NCBI GenBank assembly: GCA_040217195.1
Contig: JAVJNR010000008.1
Coordinates: 64,001 to 128,000, forward strand
Length of the DNA: 64,000 nt
Reading direction: 5' to 3'
DNA from: Leptospiraceae bacterium
GTDB taxonomy: Bacteria > Spirochaetota > Leptospiria > Leptospirales > Leptonemataceae
A program made the translations under genes and the position numbers. This document shows positions 61,047-64,000 of this stretch, in pieces. The first letter of the stretch is position 1; the number at the start of each line of letters is the position of its first letter. Under the pieces are notes generated by a model. The model did no database searches, was not told the origin of the DNA, and worked only from the letters and a program-made list of their open reading frames with translations.

Positions 61047-61997
61047 TCAACCGGGCACTGTAGTGGCATCCAGATGACGACCGGTCATGATTGTGAATAG
61101 ATCATCCAGGTTCATTCGTCGACAAACCAGCTCTTTTAGATGCCAGGAGTCCGGTCCCATCTTTTCCATCAGAAATGCCAGAGCAGGGCGAACATCTGAG
61201 ACGATGATTCGAAGTCTGCTCTGTCCAGGTCTTTCCAGGCGAATAAATCCAGGAATAGATTTCCATTCCTGCTCCAGATCCGGGCCTGCCAGCTTTTCAG
61301 GCTCCATAGCAAATTCCAGGATATCGCCTCCTCCCTGATCGCGCAGCAGGTCATTTAGACTTCCAGAAGCCAGGAATCGTCCGCGATCCATTATGGTAAT
61401 TCTTTCGCAGAGATTTTCTGCCTCTTCCATGTAATGTGTGGTAAGGATCATGGTCACTCCACGACTTTTTAAATCCTGAAGTATGGCCCAGACATCCCGT
61501 CTTGCATTGGGGTCCAGACCGGTGGTGGGTTCATCCAGAAGCAGAAGGGTGGGCTCATTGAGTAATGCCACTCCCAGGGCCAGTCGCTGTCTCTGACCAC
61601 CGGATAATCCCATGGTGTATGTATTTCTCTTATCTTTCAGTCGAATGATTCCCAGGATTTCTTCTATTCGATTTCTTGCCTGGTAGAATGTTCCAAACAT
61701 TCGCAGTGTTTCTTCCACCGTGAGTCTATCATAGAAACGAGTTTCCTGGAGGGCCACACCGATCTTCTGTCTAATCTGCTTTTCCTGTTCGGACCATAGC
61801 ATTCCCAGAATTTCAATGCTTCCTGAATCCGGATCCTGAATTCCTTCAATCATCTCTATGAGAGTTGTCTTTCCGGCCCCGTTGGGACCCAGAAGGGCCA
61901 GAAATTCCCCGGGCTCAATGGTTAGATCCACGTTATCCACTGCAATCAGGGAACCGAATCGCTTGCTTACTCCGGTGGCTTTTAGAACAGGCTGCAA
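61047..61997 (-). CDS. ABC transporter ATP-binding protein
   Basis: GPNGAGKT, LSGGQ, LLLDEPT, TTH. Confidence 0.95.
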   Translation of the reverse strand: MQPVLKATGVSKRFGSLIAVDNVDLTIEPGEFLALLGPNGAGKTTLIEMIEGIQDPDSGSIEILGMLWSEQEKQIRQKIGVALQETRFYDRLTVEETLRMFGTFYQARNRIEEILGIIRLKDKRNTYTMGLSGGQRQRLALGVALLNEPTLLLLDEPTTGLDPNARRDVWAILQDLKSRGVTMILTTHYMEEAENLCERITIMDRGRFLASGSLNDLLRDQGGGDILEFAMEPEKLAGPDLEQEWKSIPGFIRLERPGQSRLRIIVSDVRPALAFLMEKMGPDSWHLKELVCRRMNLDDLFTIMTGRHLDATTVPG

Positions 61998-62189
61998 ACT
62001 AGTATCCTCGTGCTGAGTTATTTATCGGATGACTCGCAGCTGGTCCGTCGGCGAGCGCCCATTGGAGGTTCTACTTTCCGGTGGAATGCTGCTTCTACCG
62101 GGCCTCGGTTCGTCTGCACTGAACCACTGAACGAATCATGATTTGTAAAGGCGAAGATACATAATGCATCTTCGCCGGATTCCGGAGGA

Positions 62190-63011
62190 CTATACCGGCA
62201 CTTCGAATTCTCGCAATGCATCGTTCAAAGAAGTCTTTTCATCTGTACTTTGCTTGCGTGTTCCTATAATCAAAGCGCAGGGTGTGCCATATTCCCCTGC
62301 AGGAAACTTCTTCATTCTTGTTCCTGGAATTACTACAGAACCGGCCGGAATTCGGCCTTTCGTGATTTTTTCCTCTTTGCCGGTAACATCGATAATTGGA
62401 GTGGATGCTGTAATTACTACATTGGCTCCCAGAACGGCTTTTTCCTCTACCATTACACCTTCAACGACAATGGCCCGGGATCCCAGAAAGGCTCCATCTT
62501 CGATAATAACAGGTGCTCCTTGAGGTGGTTCCAGAACACCGCCAATGCCCACTCCTCCGCTTAGATGGACCCCTTTACCGACCTGAGCGCAGCTTCCCAC
62601 CGTGGCCCAGGTGTCCACCATGGTTCCGCTGGATACATAAGCTCCGATGTTTACATAGGAAGGCATCATGATAGCGCCAGGCTCCACAAAGGCTCCGTAT
62701 CTGCAGACAGCCGGTGGAACCACTCGAACACCGCGCATGCTGTGGTCGGTTCGCACAGGTATTTTATCATAGTATTCCAGATCGCCCGAGCTGATTCCTT
62801 TCATTTCTGAAATCGGAAAATAGAGTAATATCGCTTTTTTCACCCAGGCGTTGACTTTCCAGTTGCCCTGGGAAACCTGTTCGGCCACCCGAATTTTGCC
62901 CTGATTCAACGCCTCCATGGCTTCACGAACCAGTTCTTTGGCCGCAGGCTCCTTCAGCAGGTCCCGGTCCTCAAAGATTTCATTGATCCGTTTTTCCATA
63001 TCTTCGTACAT
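62190..63011 (-). CDS. dapD: 2,3,4,5-tetrahydropyridine-2,6-dicarboxylate N-succinyltransferase
   Basis: WVKKAILLYF, MPSYVNIGAYV, DTWATVGSCAQ, GGVLEP hexapeptide repeats. Confidence 0.96.
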   Translation of the reverse strand: MYEDMEKRINEIFEDRDLLKEPAAKELVREAMEALNQGKIRVAEQVSQGNWKVNAWVKKAILLYFPISEMKGISSGDLEYYDKIPVRTDHSMRGVRVVPPAVCRYGAFVEPGAIMMPSYVNIGAYVSSGTMVDTWATVGSCAQVGKGVHLSGGVGIGGVLEPPQGAPVIIEDGAFLGSRAIVVEGVMVEEKAVLGANVVITASTPIIDVTGKEEKITKGRIPAGSVVIPGTRMKKFPAGEYGTPCALIIGTRKQSTDEKTSLNDALREFEVPV

Positions 63012-63044
63012 TCGTTTTCTCCAGTTGATTTTTAGATTTTGCTT

Positions 63045-63734
63045 TTAGCTCTCATAAAAAGCCAGGCCGTCCAGGGCAGCCTGACGGTGCTGCGAATACG
63101 CATCCTCCGGTAATTGTCCTCGCAGGAATTCCAGAGTGATTGTTGGTATATTTCTTTCCCAGCCAGCATAAGTGCCCAGGCTGCCTGGAGTAGGATAGCC
63201 GATGTCTGACTTGGGTGGCAAGCCATTGGTGCTTTCCATGGCCTGGGCCAGGTCCAGGCAATCCCCGTTGTAGTTAATCATCGCATGCTCATAGGAATGC
63301 AGGCTCATGATCATCCTGGGTTTCAGGGTTTCAATTAGCGCTACGGTTAATTCGCTTTCCACTTCGCTTCCAGCGGATAGACCGGGAAAATATCTGGGAT
63401 TTGTAAAATCTTTAGTCCAGTCCTTTGTAGGCAGGTTTCTGTTTAGATCTACATTTCTGGCATTTGTGCGACGATCCACAGAACATCCATCCGGATTCAG
63501 TCTGGGGCATACATACAATGTTAAGTGATCCGGAACAGTGAGGGAGCCTTCCTGGACTTCTTGCAGGAATCGCTCCGCAAACAGGAATCCTTCCGGTTCA
63601 TCTCCGTGAACTCCTCCAATAAGCAAGGATGTTACAGGACCATTTCCCATGCAGGAAAGGGTGATGCTGAGTCCGCCGGTACTTTTTCCAATGGTGGTGG
63701 TCTCTCCGGAAGCTGGCAGTGTAATTTGAGCCAT
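63045..63734 (-). CDS. mpaA: M14 zinc carboxypeptidase, murein tripeptide amidase MpaA-like
   Basis: HGDE, NPDG, NARNVDLNRN, SLH, GYPTPGSLG, TITLE. Confidence 0.85.
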   Translation of the reverse strand: MAQITLPASGETTTIGKSTGGLSITLSCMGNGPVTSLLIGGVHGDEPEGFLFAERFLQEVQEGSLTVPDHLTLYVCPRLNPDGCSVDRRTNARNVDLNRNLPTKDWTKDFTNPRYFPGLSAGSEVESELTVALIETLKPRMIMSLHSYEHAMINYNGDCLDLAQAMESTNGLPPKSDIGYPTPGSLGTYAGWERNIPTITLEFLRGQLPEDAYSQHRQAALDGLAFYES

Positions 63735-64000
63735 GGGACCAAATTCATAGAAACGGCCCAGAGAGCAATTTGGATTATGCTCTGCAAGGGCCCATTGCCA
63801 GGTTTGAATCTATGGGCATTAATTCCCATGCGGCTGGATTGATTGTCCTTACCGCAGGGGTTGGCCGATTCAGATGCAAAGCCATTGATTCTGTGGCCCT
63901 GTTTTCATTCATCCTGGAAGTGGATTCGGCTGCCAGGGCGGCTTTCTGTGCTGCGACAGGGGCTTTGCCACAGCCATCGCTACTTCAGAGATTTAGTTTC

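Overview
Chromosomal segment of a Leptospiraceae-like spirochaete. The assignment rests on RpoD and S21 resembling Leptospira orthologues and on many Leptospira-style lipoproteins; it comes from recognition, not a search. Core genes are pepN, gatB, dnaE, the rpsU-yqeY-dnaG-rpoD operon, dapD, a GT9 heptosyltransferase, an LptF/G permease and tRNA-Asp(GTC). Accessory modules are: an sqr/TusE-like/DsrE2 sulfur operon whose promoter carries a CsoR/CstR-like operator; an alkyl-DHAP-synthase-like/GlpD/DAG-kinase lipid module; an orphan ParA coupled to a membrane-anchored partner, followed by MORN-repeat and M23 proteins; a TPR-NHL-vWA/TPR pair; and an atypical sigma-70-family factor with a soluble partner. 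The most unusual non-coding feature is a GC-rich tandem element of about 320 bp period downstream of tRNA-Asp. It duplicates the tRNA 3' end, contains a fold-back copy of the tRNA T-arm/acceptor split by hairpins, and alternates a 110-bp conserved core with equal-length variable segments. I saw no transposase, integrase, CRISPR array or rRNA.
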